Source: Bdellovibrionales bacterium | GTDB taxonomy: Bacteria > Bdellovibrionota > Bdellovibrionia > Bdellovibrionales > JAGQZY01 | Direction of reading: 5' to 3' | DNA: 64,000 bases | Assembly (NCBI GenBank): GCA_031429075.1 | Contig: JANOYW010000091.1 | Coordinates: 34,663-98,662 of the forward strand | Part shown: positions 1 to 9,390 of the stretch, one piece after another | Position numbering within the stretch: position 1 is the stretch's first letter | How the letters are laid out: every line of letters begins with the position of its first letter | Notes under the pieces: model-generated | The model's database searches: none | Seen by the model: only the letters and a program-made list of their open reading frames with translations | What the model was told of the DNA's origin: nothing | Program-made: the position numbers and the translations under genes

Positions 1-978
1 AGAAGGCAATCGGCAACGGGACTTCCAAGAACTTACCGCATTCGTCGTGATGCCACAGACCCCAATCTTTTTGTCGCAGAATTTAATCTTCGTTTCGGAC
101 CCTTGCGTGACGCCGTCCAAGAGCGATTTGGAAGTCAGTTAGCGTTCATCGATCAAACTGAAAAAAACGCACTGGCACCCTACGCCGACGAAATGCGCGC
201 AGCTTTTATTGCACGCACTCGACAGTGTTTTGAAAGCATGCGCGATCGGTTGCGAACACCCAATGGACAACGATTGGAGCTTCGACTGGACTATCCAAAT
301 CTTCAAGACCCTGATGCTCCACCAGAATCCACCATTCGAATTCAGTCCGATGCAGGAAGATCCAGCTCTACGAGTTGGGCGCGCACGATCGACTGCAGTA
401 CAATTGTGCACGAAGTACTCCACCTCACAGGATTGTGCGACGGATACACCGAAAGATGGCTCACGGTGCAACGCCCCCACCCGGAGCGAGGTGATGCCAA
501 CATTTTTAGCTGTCGTTCCATCGAGCCCGCGGACTCCATCATGCACGATCAATCGGGTCTAAATTTTACTTACGAAGTTCTTCGCTGCACGCAAACATCT
601 CGAACGCCGGGGCCAGAAGTTTCAACGCTAACGAATCCTCTTCCGGCGGTTTGTCCCGACGGGGGCACTTCGAAGAGACTGTTAGTGGGGCGGCGAGAAT
701 ATGCAGCAATGGTGGCCTCGGAAAGCGCGCGGCGCCGCACGGGCGTTAGCGTGACAAAAGACGGCCGGCCCCGACCGCCGGTGTTTTTTTACTACCGCGA
801 AAGGCCTGCGCCAACGGCGACGCTTTATCCAGCGCAGATGCGCTTAATCACTCAACCTTTTTGCGATAGTGGCAATCAACGTTATCTCGACTGCGCGCAA
901 AATGCCTATCGCACCAGAGAGATCGAAGGGTGTGCTGTAGTTCCAGATTATTGTCAGACCGCAGATTATTTGCAGTAG
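1..978 (+). CDS. Zinc metalloprotease-like protein, 5' end outside window (metzincin-type HExxHxxGxxD motif)
   Basis: Frame 1 is open from base 1, so the listed TTG at 103 is internal. Motif HEVLHLTGLCD is followed about 35 aa later by SIMH, a possible Met-turn. The C-terminal part contains several Cys. Confidence 0.5.
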   Translation, partial: RRQSATGLPRTYRIRRDATDPNLFVAEFNLRFGPLRDAVQERFGSQLAFIDQTEKNALAPYADEMRAAFIARTRQCFESMRDRLRTPNGQRLELRLDYPNLQDPDAPPESTIRIQSDAGRSSSTSWARTIDCSTIVHEVLHLTGLCDGYTERWLTVQRPHPERGDANIFSCRSIEPADSIMHDQSGLNFTYEVLRCTQTSRTPGPEVSTLTNPLPAVCPDGGTSKRLLVGRREYAAMVASESARRRTGVSVTKDGRPRPPVFFYYRERPAPTATLYPAQMRLITQPFCDSGNQRYLDCAQNAYRTREIEGCAVVPDYCQTADYLQ

Positions 979-987
979 TCAAATTTC

Positions 988-1542
988 TTACGACTTTAAC
1001 AATTTCTCGATGGCAGCTGTGAGAGCTGCTTCTTCGGGTTTCACGGTGGGCGAAAAGCGGGCGACCACTTTTCCGCTGCGGTCCACGAGGAATTTTTCGA
1101 AGTTCCAAGAGATGTCCGTGGCTTTTTTGTTGATGCCGCCGAGAATTCGAAATGCCATTTTTTTTACAAAAGAAGCTTCGCTAGAGCCTTGAACCGCCAC
1201 AGAGCTGTGCGTGAGTGCTGCATAGAGGGGATGTTGGTTGTCGCCTTTAACTGAAATTTTTTGAAATAACGGAAACGAAACATCATACGAGCTTTTACAA
1301 AACTCAACAATTTCTGCATTTGTGCCGGGCTCTTGGCCCATAAAATTATTTGCAGGGAAACCGAGGACTTCGAAGCCCTGCGCTTTGTATTTTTTGTAGA
1401 TTCGTTCGAGTCCTTCATACTGAGGAGTGAGGCCACACTTGGAGGCCACATTTACAATGAGTAAAACTTTTCCTTTGTAGGCAGCTAAACTAGAATCTTG
1501 GCCTTTAATTGTTTTAATCGGAATGTTTGCAATTGAGCTCAT
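988..1542 (-). CDS. Glutathione peroxidase family protein (Cys-type)
   Basis: Motifs NVASKCGLT, FPANNFMGQEPG and WNFEKFLV. The ATG at 1542 is preferred over 1569 because GGGAG lies about 5 nt upstream. Confidence 0.85.
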   Translation of the reverse strand: MSSIANIPIKTIKGQDSSLAAYKGKVLLIVNVASKCGLTPQYEGLERIYKKYKAQGFEVLGFPANNFMGQEPGTNAEIVEFCKSSYDVSFPLFQKISVKGDNQHPLYAALTHSSVAVQGSSEASFVKKMAFRILGGINKKATDISWNFEKFLVDRSGKVVARFSPTVKPEEAALTAAIEKLLKS

Positions 1543-1589
1543 AAAATCTCCCGTAATGGCCTTCAGCATAGCCTTGTTTTATACTAGGT

Positions 1590-1961
1590 CTACTCAAAAT
1601 TAAATCCTGCCTTGTGCAGCACACGCTTGGCAGGTTCCCAGGTCGCACTTTTAATGAGTACGAAGTCTGTGTCGAAAGTTGAAATCGCAAAGATGCTAAT
1701 TTTTTCCTGAGCCAACGGATTGGCAATGGCAGCTAGTATACCAGTGAGTGAAAAATCAAGGGTGCCAACAACGCGAAAACATTTCCAATCAGTTTCGGCT
1801 TTCATATCTGCAGGAACTAGCGCTTGCTCGCAAACAATCGACAGTTCGTCGGAAGTTTTTGTGATGGAAAAAAAACGGCTTTTATTGACCCAGGCAGGAA
1901 TTTCCGACTGTGGCTCCAGTCGGCAAACGGCTAAAATTTCGGAGAGCTCTTGAAGCTTCAT
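1590..1961 (-). CDS. ACT domain-containing protein (ACT_7/CASTOR-like)
   Basis: 123 aa with the pattern LAVCRL...FFSITKTSDELSIVC...GILAAIANPLAQEKISIFAISTFDTDFVLIK, typical of small ACT proteins. Overlaps the upstream antiporter gene by 4 nt. Confidence 0.5.
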   Translation of the reverse strand: MKLQELSEILAVCRLEPQSEIPAWVNKSRFFSITKTSDELSIVCEQALVPADMKAETDWKCFRVVGTLDFSLTGILAAIANPLAQEKISIFAISTFDTDFVLIKSATWEPAKRVLHKAGFNFE

Positions 1962-3196
1962 CGTCGTTTACGCTCGTCGGAATAAGTGCCAACAACTCGT
2001 AAGAGGGGGCCCGCCATAAAGGTTGTGACTAAGGCCATAAGCACCAGCATGGTAAACAGTGTGGGGGTGAGGATTCCCAAAGACAATCCGATGTTGAGGA
2101 CGATCAGCTCCACGAGGCCGCGCGTATTCATAAGAATACCTAAAATTGTAGATTCGCGGCGACTGTGGCCAGATAGCATGGCTCCAGTAAAGGCTCCGAA
2201 AAACTTTCCTGCCGTGGCGAGACCGATAATGATGAGGCATAGAATCCACTCCTGGCCTCCCGAAATCAGATTGATCTGCGTCTTCATGCCGGTCAAAGCG
2301 AAAAAAGCTGGTAAAAAAAGAATCCGGACGAAGTCTTGTAAGCGTCCCGTCACATCTCGAGCTATCAAACTATCGTGGGGAATCACGGCACCAAACAAAA
2401 AGGCCCCGAAGAGCGCGTGGATGCCAATAACCTCTGTGAGCATTGCCGAAGTTAAAGCTCCCAAGATTGCAAACGCCAACAGGGCTTCGGGCAAGCGCTC
2501 GAATTTTTTTTCAAACCTGGGAATCATGTTTGTTATAAGGGGGCGCACAACGAATAACATAAATAAAATGTAAACTAAGGTGAGTCCCAAGGTTACCCAC
2601 GCCCCGGAGAGACCAGTTCCCATCACTCCAGTGACAACTGCAATAAGGACCCACGCGGTCACATCATCGACGGCGGCACAGGTTAAAGCTAAATCACCCA
2701 GGCGGGTTTTATGGAGGGGCGAGTCTGCCAAAATTCTTGCGAGAACTGGAAATGCAGTGATGGAAAACGACACTCCAATAAAAAGCGAAAATGCCAAGAG
2801 ATCAAACCCCGGTGGAGCATACTGGGAATAAATTTGCTGAGCGAGGAGAAGTCCGAGAACAAAAGGTAATAAAATGCTGAGCTGGGATATCAGTATGGCG
2901 GAACGTGCAGACTTTTGCAGTCGCGGAAGGTCAATTTCCAGACCCGTTACAAAAAGATAAAGCATAATTCCCACATCAGCGACATTCTTTAGGAAAACAA
3001 GAGAGTCTTTATGAAATAGGAAGGACGATGATTCGGGAAAGAAATAGCCAAAGGCCGAAGGACCAAGAAGAATCCCGCCGAGCACTTCGCCCATAACGGG
3101 AGGTTGGCCGGTTTTACGAAAGACAAATCCAATCAGTCGCGCAAAAGCGATGACAATGATGAGTGTTGAAAATATGGGAACTGACTGGGAAATCAT
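1958..3196 (-). CDS. Cation:proton antiporter (CPA2/Kef-type Na+/K+:H+ exchanger)
   Basis: 412 aa polytopic membrane protein with a typical Na_H_exchanger N-terminus (GQPPVMGEVLGGILLGPS). Confidence 0.8.
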   Translation of the reverse strand: MISQSVPIFSTLIIVIAFARLIGFVFRKTGQPPVMGEVLGGILLGPSAFGYFFPESSSFLFHKDSLVFLKNVADVGIMLYLFVTGLEIDLPRLQKSARSAILISQLSILLPFVLGLLLAQQIYSQYAPPGFDLLAFSLFIGVSFSITAFPVLARILADSPLHKTRLGDLALTCAAVDDVTAWVLIAVVTGVMGTGLSGAWVTLGLTLVYILFMLFVVRPLITNMIPRFEKKFERLPEALLAFAILGALTSAMLTEVIGIHALFGAFLFGAVIPHDSLIARDVTGRLQDFVRILFLPAFFALTGMKTQINLISGGQEWILCLIIIGLATAGKFFGAFTGAMLSGHSRRESTILGILMNTRGLVELIVLNIGLSLGILTPTLFTMLVLMALVTTFMAGPLLRVVGTYSDERKRR

Positions 3197-3609
3197 AGGA
3201 CGAGAAAAATTCCATCGTCGGCGATTTTAATAAGTTGTTTTTTATAGAGGCCACCAATGGCCATTTTGAACTTCTTTTTACTCACTCCAAAAAGATGGTA
3301 GATTTCTTCGGCGTGGGTTTTGCTTGTGAGTGGCAAAAAACCTTTGTTCTTTTTCAGAGCCTCAAGAATACGCTGTCCTAATTCCTCAGCGCCATGGTGC
3401 CCCAGTGGTTGCAATAAGAGGTCGATGGCGCCGTTGGAGCGAACCGTTTTAAAATAACCAGGCAATTCATCGCCGGGTTCCAAGGCTTCGAATATTTCAT
3501 TGTGATAAAGAAGACCTTCATCTTCCCCATTGATCAGTGCCACAAATCCGAGAGGTGTTTCGCGAAGGATCTTGAGTTCTACTTTTTGACCGGGTGTATA
3601 CTTGGACAT
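3193..3609 (-). CDS. S1-like RNA-binding domain plus winged-helix protein (short CvfB/YitL-like)
   Basis: An N-terminal OB/S1-like segment (GQKVELKILRETPLGFVALI) and a C-terminal segment resembling the CvfB winged helix (FGVSKKKFKMAIGGLYKK). Confidence 0.55.
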   Translation of the reverse strand: MSKYTPGQKVELKILRETPLGFVALINGEDEGLLYHNEIFEALEPGDELPGYFKTVRSNGAIDLLLQPLGHHGAEELGQRILEALKKNKGFLPLTSKTHAEEIYHLFGVSKKKFKMAIGGLYKKQLIKIADDGIFLVL

Positions 3610-3676
3610 TATTAATTCTTAGCACATTGATTTTATTTTAACGACTGTTATCATGCTTCCAATATAAGGAATCTGT

Positions 3677-4384
3677 ATGAATCTCTCCCTCCGAAAACAC
3701 AAAGAAGGCCACAAATCCGAAAGAATTGGGTGGATGCGCGCAGCGGTACTTGGCGCCAATGATGGGATTGTGTCCACGGCCAGCCTGATTGTTGGAGTTG
3801 CTGCGGCCCACTCCACCCATCAGCAAATTCTCGTAAGCGGTGTGGCGGGGTTGGTTGCAGGTGCGATGTCCATGGCCGCCGGTGAGTATGTGTCGGTGAG
3901 CTCACAAGCAGATACGGAGCGCGCTGATCTGAGACGCGAAGCCAAAGAGCTTGCAACAAATTTGGAACATGAGCGTGAAGAGCTGGCACAAATTTATATG
4001 GAGCGAGGGCTTGAGGCAACATTGGCCCGCCAGGTGGCATTTCAATTGATGGAGCACGACGCGCTGGGAAGCCATGCTCGCGATGAGCTGGGAATTACGG
4101 ATACGTCAGCAGCTCGCCCTGCACAGGCCGCGATAATGTCTGCTGCGAGCTTTGCCGTGGGTGCCACTCTCCCACTGCTCATGGTGCTGTTGTGCCCGGA
4201 GCAAAATCTTGTGCTTTATGTTTCGGTCGCCTCTCTGAGTTTTTTGGTGGGTCTTGGTTTTTTAGCAGCCCGAGTGGGTGGCGCCAATATTTGGATCGGT
4301 GCTCTTCGCGTTGGATTTTGGGGCGCTCTCGCAATGTTAGCAACAGCCGGTATCGGAATGCTGTTTAATGTGGCTGTAATCTGA
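3677..4384 (+). CDS. VIT1/CCC1 family iron/manganese transporter
   Basis: GANDGIVSTASLIVGVAAA motif, an acidic cytoplasmic helix region and C-terminal TM helices. Confidence 0.8.
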   Translation: MNLSLRKHKEGHKSERIGWMRAAVLGANDGIVSTASLIVGVAAAHSTHQQILVSGVAGLVAGAMSMAAGEYVSVSSQADTERADLRREAKELATNLEHEREELAQIYMERGLEATLARQVAFQLMEHDALGSHARDELGITDTSAARPAQAAIMSAASFAVGATLPLLMVLLCPEQNLVLYVSVASLSFLVGLGFLAARVGGANIWIGALRVGFWGALAMLATAGIGMLFNVAVI

Positions 4385-4396
4385 CGGCAATTTGAG

Positions 4397-4768
4397 CTAT
4401 GAGTTCGGCTGCAAGTTGTACAGTGAGACCGATAGCAAAAACAAACTCAACAGAAAATAAAATAAAGCCGGTGCGGTCTGAAGCGCATTATCTTTGATGC
4501 GTAGCCGAACAAGGATAGCCCCAAACATCATGGCCGAAAGGCCCAGCGCGCTGAGGGGAACAAACCATGGAAAATAAAATCCTAACAAAAGCCCTACGCA
4601 CGCCGCCAACTGCAGAAGGCCAACAACTTTTCGAAAGCGCAACATTTGATAGCGCGCGAATTCCTGTTTATTTTTTTCCGAAACTAAACAGCTTGCTCCG
4701 TAGATCAAAAAAGATATGATAAGGATCCACTGGGCAATATAAGATAACAAAAGTGCAGTGTTGGCCAT
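4397..4768 (-). CDS. DoxX-like family membrane protein
   Basis: 123 aa with 4 predicted TM segments. The pattern around FRKVVGLLQLAACVGLLLG resembles DoxX-like proteins. Confidence 0.5.
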   Translation of the reverse strand: MANTALLLSYIAQWILIISFLIYGASCLVSEKNKQEFARYQMLRFRKVVGLLQLAACVGLLLGFYFPWFVPLSALGLSAMMFGAILVRLRIKDNALQTAPALFYFLLSLFLLSVSLYNLQPNS

Positions 4769-4833
4769 AGGTGTTTAGACCACGATATGGCGACAAGGGC
4801 TATACAATAAATATTTTTAGAATGAGGTTACTA

Positions 4834-5217
4834 ATGAATTCAATTGCATCCGTTTTACAAATCGTCTTTCAAATTACCGTCGCGCTAGGTCTGTTAAATG
4901 TATGGCTTCTGCGTTTTAATAAAAGCACTGAATACCGCGGGAAAAATGCCAAGAATCTAAAAGAAGAATTTGCAGCCTACGGTTTGCCAGAATGGTTTGT
5001 CTATGTGATTGGGGCGCTTAAAATTGGTTCGGCTGTTGCCTTGCTCGCAGGTGTGTGGGTTCCATCGTTGGTCCTACCGGCCGCTGCACTGGTTGTAATG
5101 TTGATGCTTGGGGCCTTGGCCATGCACCTCAAAGTGGGCGATCCGCTGAAGAAGTCCATGCCCGCAGGATTAATGCTTGTGATGAGTGCACTGATCACAT
5201 TCAGTGTGGCGGGTTAA
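4834..5217 (+). CDS. DoxX family membrane protein
   Basis: GLPEWFVYVIGALKIGSAVALLAG is a typical DoxX pattern. The ATG at 4834 has GAGG 6 nt upstream, and the listed 4771 start adds a non-hydrophobic leader. Confidence 0.6.
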   Translation: MNSIASVLQIVFQITVALGLLNVWLLRFNKSTEYRGKNAKNLKEEFAAYGLPEWFVYVIGALKIGSAVALLAGVWVPSLVLPAAALVVMLMLGALAMHLKVGDPLKKSMPAGLMLVMSALITFSVAG

Positions 5218-7028
5218 TTCTCGGCCTCGACGGTCGCTAGGCGTTCCATCTGGTTCATCAAAGTTTCTTCGAGTTGTTGAATTTGATGGGCGCAGTCGTT
5301 TAACTCTTTTGCAAGCTCAGCAGCGCGCGGGCCTTTTGCGGATAAAAGTTCTTCACTGAGCTCGCTGAGTTTTTGCGTTTGTTTCTGGAGAGTCTCTTCG
5401 CCCTTTTTAATTTGCCGATGTAGATCTTTGATCTCATCTTTTAATTTCTTATTATCTGTCCAAGTGCTGTTTTTTTCGGGATTGCGCTGTGGAATATTTT
5501 CCACCGTTGTGGTGGGAGTCGGTTCGGATTTGGCAAATCGAACCTTCAGTGATCCTTTTTCAAGGCTCCACAAATAATCATCGTACGTACCGGGATAAAT
5601 TTCGGCGCGCCCATCGCGAATTTCCAAAATCTTAGTGGCCACACGACCAATAAAGCTGCGATCGTGGCTTACAACGACAACGGTTCCTGGATAATTTTTG
5701 AGAGCTTCGGTGAGCGCCTCTACGGTGTCAAAATCCAAGTGGTTGGTGGGTTCATCGAGGAGAATCAGCGGACTTCTCTGCAAAAGAATCTGTCCCAGGG
5801 CCACACGGGATTTTTCGCCACCAGAAAGAACAGCCACTTTCTTTTGGACCGCCTCGCCCGAAAACAGCAGGGAGCCCGCGATATTGAGTATCTCCTGCGT
5901 AGGGATGTCGTGACTGGCCACGCGCTGAAGACTTTGCAGCACTGTCTCTTTAGGGTCCAGCTCTTCACTGACGTGCTGAGCGTAGTACGACAAGCTCACA
6001 TTGTGGCCGAGCTGCAGTTCACCTCTGAGCAAGGGCAAGCGTCGCGCCAAGGACTTAAGAAAAGTTGATTTTCCGGCGCCATTAAATCCCACCACACCCA
6101 GGTGCACGCCTCGCTCCAAGCGGAGTTCGCAATTGGCGATGATGGTTTTTTCGGGGTAGCCGAGAGCGGCTCCTCGCACATTGAGAATTTCTTTGCCTGT
6201 GGAAAGTGGCGGAGGAATTTTGATGCGCGCACGTATTTGCAGATCTTTAATTTCAATTTTTTGCATTTTATCAAGTTGCTTCACTCGGCTTTGCGCTTGA
6301 CGCGCTTTTGTAGCTTTGGCTCCAAAGCGATCGACAAAATCTTGCAAGTGTTTGCGCTTGGCTTCTTGATTGGCGGCCTGGGCTTCGAGGATCGTGCGGA
6401 GTTGCGCTTTTTGTTCAAAGTAATCGTCGATGTGGCCGGGAAATTTTGTGATCTCGCCGCCTTCCACTTCCAAGGTGTGATCGGTCACGCGGCGAAGAAA
6501 CTCACGATCGTGGGAGATGAGCATAAAAGCGCCCTCGTACCTCTGTAAAAATTTTTCCAGCGCCAAAATACTTTCTAAATCCAAAAAGTTTGTGGGCTCA
6601 TCCAGCAGCATCAAGTTGGGTTCGCGCCCGATGAGCGACAAAAGCTTCATGCGCATCCGGTAACCACCGCTCAGTTTATGAAAGGGCACGGCAAAGTGAC
6701 TTTCCAGAAGGCCAAGCTCCGTGCCAAGTTGCTGGAGCTCCCAGAGAGGTTTTGTGCAGGTGGTTTGTAAATACTCTTCTGCGGATATATCCAGCGGCTC
6801 GTGGGCCTCTTGCTCCAAGTAGCCAATGTTCAATCGCTGCGATTTAATGAGATCCCCGGAATCCAGGGAAATCTGGTTGACGATGATTTTAAACAGCGTG
6901 GTTTTGCCAGCGCCGTTTGGACCAATCACACCCACATGCTCGCCCTCATTAATGGCGAAGCGGGCGTCGTCAAAAAGAACTTTAGTGCCGTACTGTTTAT
7001 AGCCGTTGTTGAGCTGCAGGAGATTCAT
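5214..7028 (-). CDS. ABC-F family ATPase (Uup/YheS-like, no TM domain)
   Basis: Two ABC cassettes: Walker A GPNGAGKTT and GFNGAGKST, signatures LSGGYRMR and LSGGEKSR. A C-terminal coiled-coil is present. Confidence 0.9.
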   Translation of the reverse strand: MNLLQLNNGYKQYGTKVLFDDARFAINEGEHVGVIGPNGAGKTTLFKIIVNQISLDSGDLIKSQRLNIGYLEQEAHEPLDISAEEYLQTTCTKPLWELQQLGTELGLLESHFAVPFHKLSGGYRMRMKLLSLIGREPNLMLLDEPTNFLDLESILALEKFLQRYEGAFMLISHDREFLRRVTDHTLEVEGGEITKFPGHIDDYFEQKAQLRTILEAQAANQEAKRKHLQDFVDRFGAKATKARQAQSRVKQLDKMQKIEIKDLQIRARIKIPPPLSTGKEILNVRGAALGYPEKTIIANCELRLERGVHLGVVGFNGAGKSTFLKSLARRLPLLRGELQLGHNVSLSYYAQHVSEELDPKETVLQSLQRVASHDIPTQEILNIAGSLLFSGEAVQKKVAVLSGGEKSRVALGQILLQRSPLILLDEPTNHLDFDTVEALTEALKNYPGTVVVVSHDRSFIGRVATKILEIRDGRAEIYPGTYDDYLWSLEKGSLKVRFAKSEPTPTTTVENIPQRNPEKNSTWTDNKKLKDEIKDLHRQIKKGEETLQKQTQKLSELSEELLSAKGPRAAELAKELNDCAHQIQQLEETLMNQMERLATVEAEN

Positions 7029-7078
7029 GCAGCGACCTTAGCTTTTTAGAGAAGGGATGTCTGCAGTTTTTTAGACTT

Positions 7079-8143
7079 TTATGTTTGCCCTGGGTAGTCG
7101 GTGTAACCCTTTGCACCTGGAGTATAAAATGTGGAGGCGTCGGGCTCCACAAACGGTCTATTTTTTTCGATGCACGCCACCAAATCGGGATTGCTGACAT
7201 AGTGATGTCCAAAGGCCACAGCGTCGAGAATTTTTTTACCAATGGCCTCGTGGGCTTCGGCAGGGGTGTAACCCATATTTCCGATGAGCACTCCTCGAAA
7301 TCCCTCACGGGCCGGTGTGACCACATCGCCTTGTTGGAGGCCGAGGAAATCGGCGCGCATCAGATGCAAATAGGCAATTTTTTTGCGATTGAGTTGTTGC
7401 GCAACATAAAGAGTAAGTCCAATGGGATCAGAATCTTTCATGCTGTTGTAGCTATTGAGCGGCGAAATGCGCACGCCCACACGGTCCGCACCCCAAACTC
7501 CGATGGCAGCATCGGTGACTTGCAGTAATAATTGCGCACGATTTTGCAATGAGCCACCGTAAGGACCTTGTCGTTTGTTGGAAGAATCGCGCAGAAACTG
7601 ATCGAGCAAGTAACCATTGGCGCCATGTACTTCAACGCCGTCAAAGCCTGCGTCTTTGGCGTTTTGTGCGGCTTTACGAAAGCCCTCGATGATTCCTGGG
7701 ATTTCTTCGTCTGTCAGAGCCCGAGGTGTGACATGGGGCACTTTTCCTTGTGGAGTGTGGATGTCGCCCTCCACTGCAATAGCTGAGGGCGCCACTGTTT
7801 CCTGTCCTTGATTTAAATTGGGATGACAGGCGCGTCCGCCATGCCAAAGTTGCAAAAACATTTTGCCACCTTTTGCATGAACTGCGTCCGTTACTTTTTT
7901 CCAACCGGCCACTTGCTCGCTGGAGTAAATACCGGGCTCGGCGATGAAGGCGGAATTGCCCTTCATGACCATGGTGGCTTCGGCAATGATAAGGCCTGCA
8001 GAGGCGCGCTGGGAATAATACTCAGCCATCATGGAATTTGGAACATGGTTTTGCTCCGTACGACTGCGAGTGAGTGGAGCCATTATAACTCGATTTGCAA
8101 GTTGGAGAGTGCCAAGAGTAACGGGAGATAAAAGATGATTCAT
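7079..8143 (-). CDS. NADH:flavin oxidoreductase, Old Yellow Enzyme family (NemA-like alkene reductase)
   Basis: Motifs MAPLTRSR, HGANGYLLDQFL and GFDGVEVH. The start is set at the ATG at 8143 (MNHLLSP). Confidence 0.9.
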   Translation of the reverse strand: MNHLLSPVTLGTLQLANRVIMAPLTRSRTEQNHVPNSMMAEYYSQRASAGLIIAEATMVMKGNSAFIAEPGIYSSEQVAGWKKVTDAVHAKGGKMFLQLWHGGRACHPNLNQGQETVAPSAIAVEGDIHTPQGKVPHVTPRALTDEEIPGIIEGFRKAAQNAKDAGFDGVEVHGANGYLLDQFLRDSSNKRQGPYGGSLQNRAQLLLQVTDAAIGVWGADRVGVRISPLNSYNSMKDSDPIGLTLYVAQQLNRKKIAYLHLMRADFLGLQQGDVVTPAREGFRGVLIGNMGYTPAEAHEAIGKKILDAVAFGHHYVSNPDLVACIEKNRPFVEPDASTFYTPGAKGYTDYPGQT

Positions 8144-8274
8144 GGTGACGCCTTTGTTAAATTTAAAAATAACGCTATCAGAAGCAGTGAGGAGAGCCAA
8201 ATCATAATTTGTCGTGTTGTCAAAAAATCACGCCTGCGGTACATTCGGCTTTTTATGATAGTAAGGATGTTTCA

Positions 8275-9000
8275 ATGGCTAAAATTAAATGTCAATCTTC
8301 AACGACAGCACAAAAACGAGCTACGCAATTTTTTACCGACAAAGCAGAATACGAAAGCGAACTTTTAAAAGTACAGACTGTTTTGTTAAAGGTCCAACAA
8401 GACATTTTTCGAAAAAAAAGAAAATTAATTGTCATTCTCGAAGGATGCGATACGGCGGGCAAAGGTGGCTTGGTTCGCAGGATGTCGCAGTATTTGGATC
8501 CACGGACATTGCATGTTTACGGCATTGGCAAACCGACGAGCGACGAACTGGCTCAGCACTACTTGCAGCGTTTTTTTGCGCGCTTGCCAAACGCCGGGGA
8601 AATTTGTGTGTTCGATCGCAGTTGGTATGGACGTGTTTTGGTGGAGAGGGTTGAGGGGCTCGCACAAGAGAAACAATGGAAGCGGGCTTACACTGAAATT
8701 AATAATTTTGAAAAAATGTTGTCTGATGATGGCGTGCTTGTTTTAAAATATCTGCTCGATCTTTCTTATCAAGTACAAGGCGTACGATTTAAAGAGCGGG
8801 AGCAAGATCCATTAAAATCTTGGAAAATGACTGATGAAGATTACCGAAATCGCAAGAAGTGGGATATCTACCAAAAGGCGTTTAAAGAAATGACCAAAAG
8901 AACTTCCACCTCGTTCAGCCCATGGACCGTGGTCCCCGCAGATAGCAAATGGTTTTGTCGTACGTACATTTTAAACGATATCTCGAAAAGAATAAGTTAG
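8275..9000 (+). CDS. Polyphosphate kinase 2 family protein
   Basis: P-loop-like GCDTAGKGG plus FDRSWYGRVLVERVEG, as in PPK2. The ATG at 8275 has AAGGA 7 nt upstream. Confidence 0.85.
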   Translation: MAKIKCQSSTTAQKRATQFFTDKAEYESELLKVQTVLLKVQQDIFRKKRKLIVILEGCDTAGKGGLVRRMSQYLDPRTLHVYGIGKPTSDELAQHYLQRFFARLPNAGEICVFDRSWYGRVLVERVEGLAQEKQWKRAYTEINNFEKMLSDDGVLVLKYLLDLSYQVQGVRFKEREQDPLKSWKMTDEDYRNRKKWDIYQKAFKEMTKRTSTSFSPWTVVPADSKWFCRTYILNDISKRIS

Positions 9001-9074
9001 ACACAGCTGTACAATAGAACTAAAATCAGGTCTGCAGACGAGTGCTATGGTGCGCATAATTTGAAGGAGTAACC

Positions 9075-9287
9075 GTGAAACAAAACAGCAATAAACAAAC
9101 TACTAGCGAAAAAATTAAGCAGGTCAGGTTGGCGAAAAGTCTTATCTTTTTGGCGGCTTTTCTTTCGATGGTCTTTTCTATTTTCCTTTTTCATTCCGGC
9201 GACACGCAAAATGGCATATTTGTAGGAATATGGGTGCCATCCATTTTGTCTGCGGGATCGTTGATGCTTGTAGGTTACAATGAGTAA
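9075..9287 (+). CDS. Small two-TM membrane protein, hypothetical
   Basis: 70 aa with a GTG start preceded by GAAGGAG, and two hydrophobic helices. Confidence 0.35.
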   Translation: MKQNSNKQTTSEKIKQVRLAKSLIFLAAFLSMVFSIFLFHSGDTQNGIFVGIWVPSILSAGSLMLVGYNE

Positions 9288-9381
9288 AGAGTTTATCTTA
9301 TTCGCCGGACTCATCGTTTTCGTTATTTTTATGACGGGTGCTTATATTTTTTTCCGACTTGAATTCGGAAAAAAAATGTAA
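9280..9381 (+). CDS. Possible 33-aa single-TM peptide (not in ORF track)
   Basis: I translated it by hand as MSKEFILFAGLIVFVIFMTGAYIFFRLEFGKKM. Its ATG overlaps the last codons of the previous small ORF (ATGAGTAA). Confidence 0.2.
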   Translation: MSKEFILFAGLIVFVIFMTGAYIFFRLEFGKKM

Positions 9382-9390
9382 AGTGCCGCC

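Noticed and set aside
988-1542. A selenocysteine-type glutathione peroxidase with an in-frame TGA.
   Set aside because: The active-site residue in NVASKCGLT is encoded by a Cys codon within an uninterrupted ORF, so no recoding is needed.
1986-2573. A 195-aa plus-strand ORF opposite the CPA2 antiporter. Similar antisense ORFs occur at 3651-4040, 5664-6548, 22397-22900 and 49878-50360.
   Set aside because: All lie antisense to or out of frame with genes that have clear family motifs. Their compositions are biased (Lys/Arg/Pro or His/Phe) and they lack starts with ribosome-binding sites.
3610-3676. A metal-sensing riboswitch (such as yybP-ykoY) upstream of the VIT-family transporter.
   Set aside because: The spacer is only 67 bp and AT-rich, with no conserved helices visible. 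It is too short for that riboswitch class.
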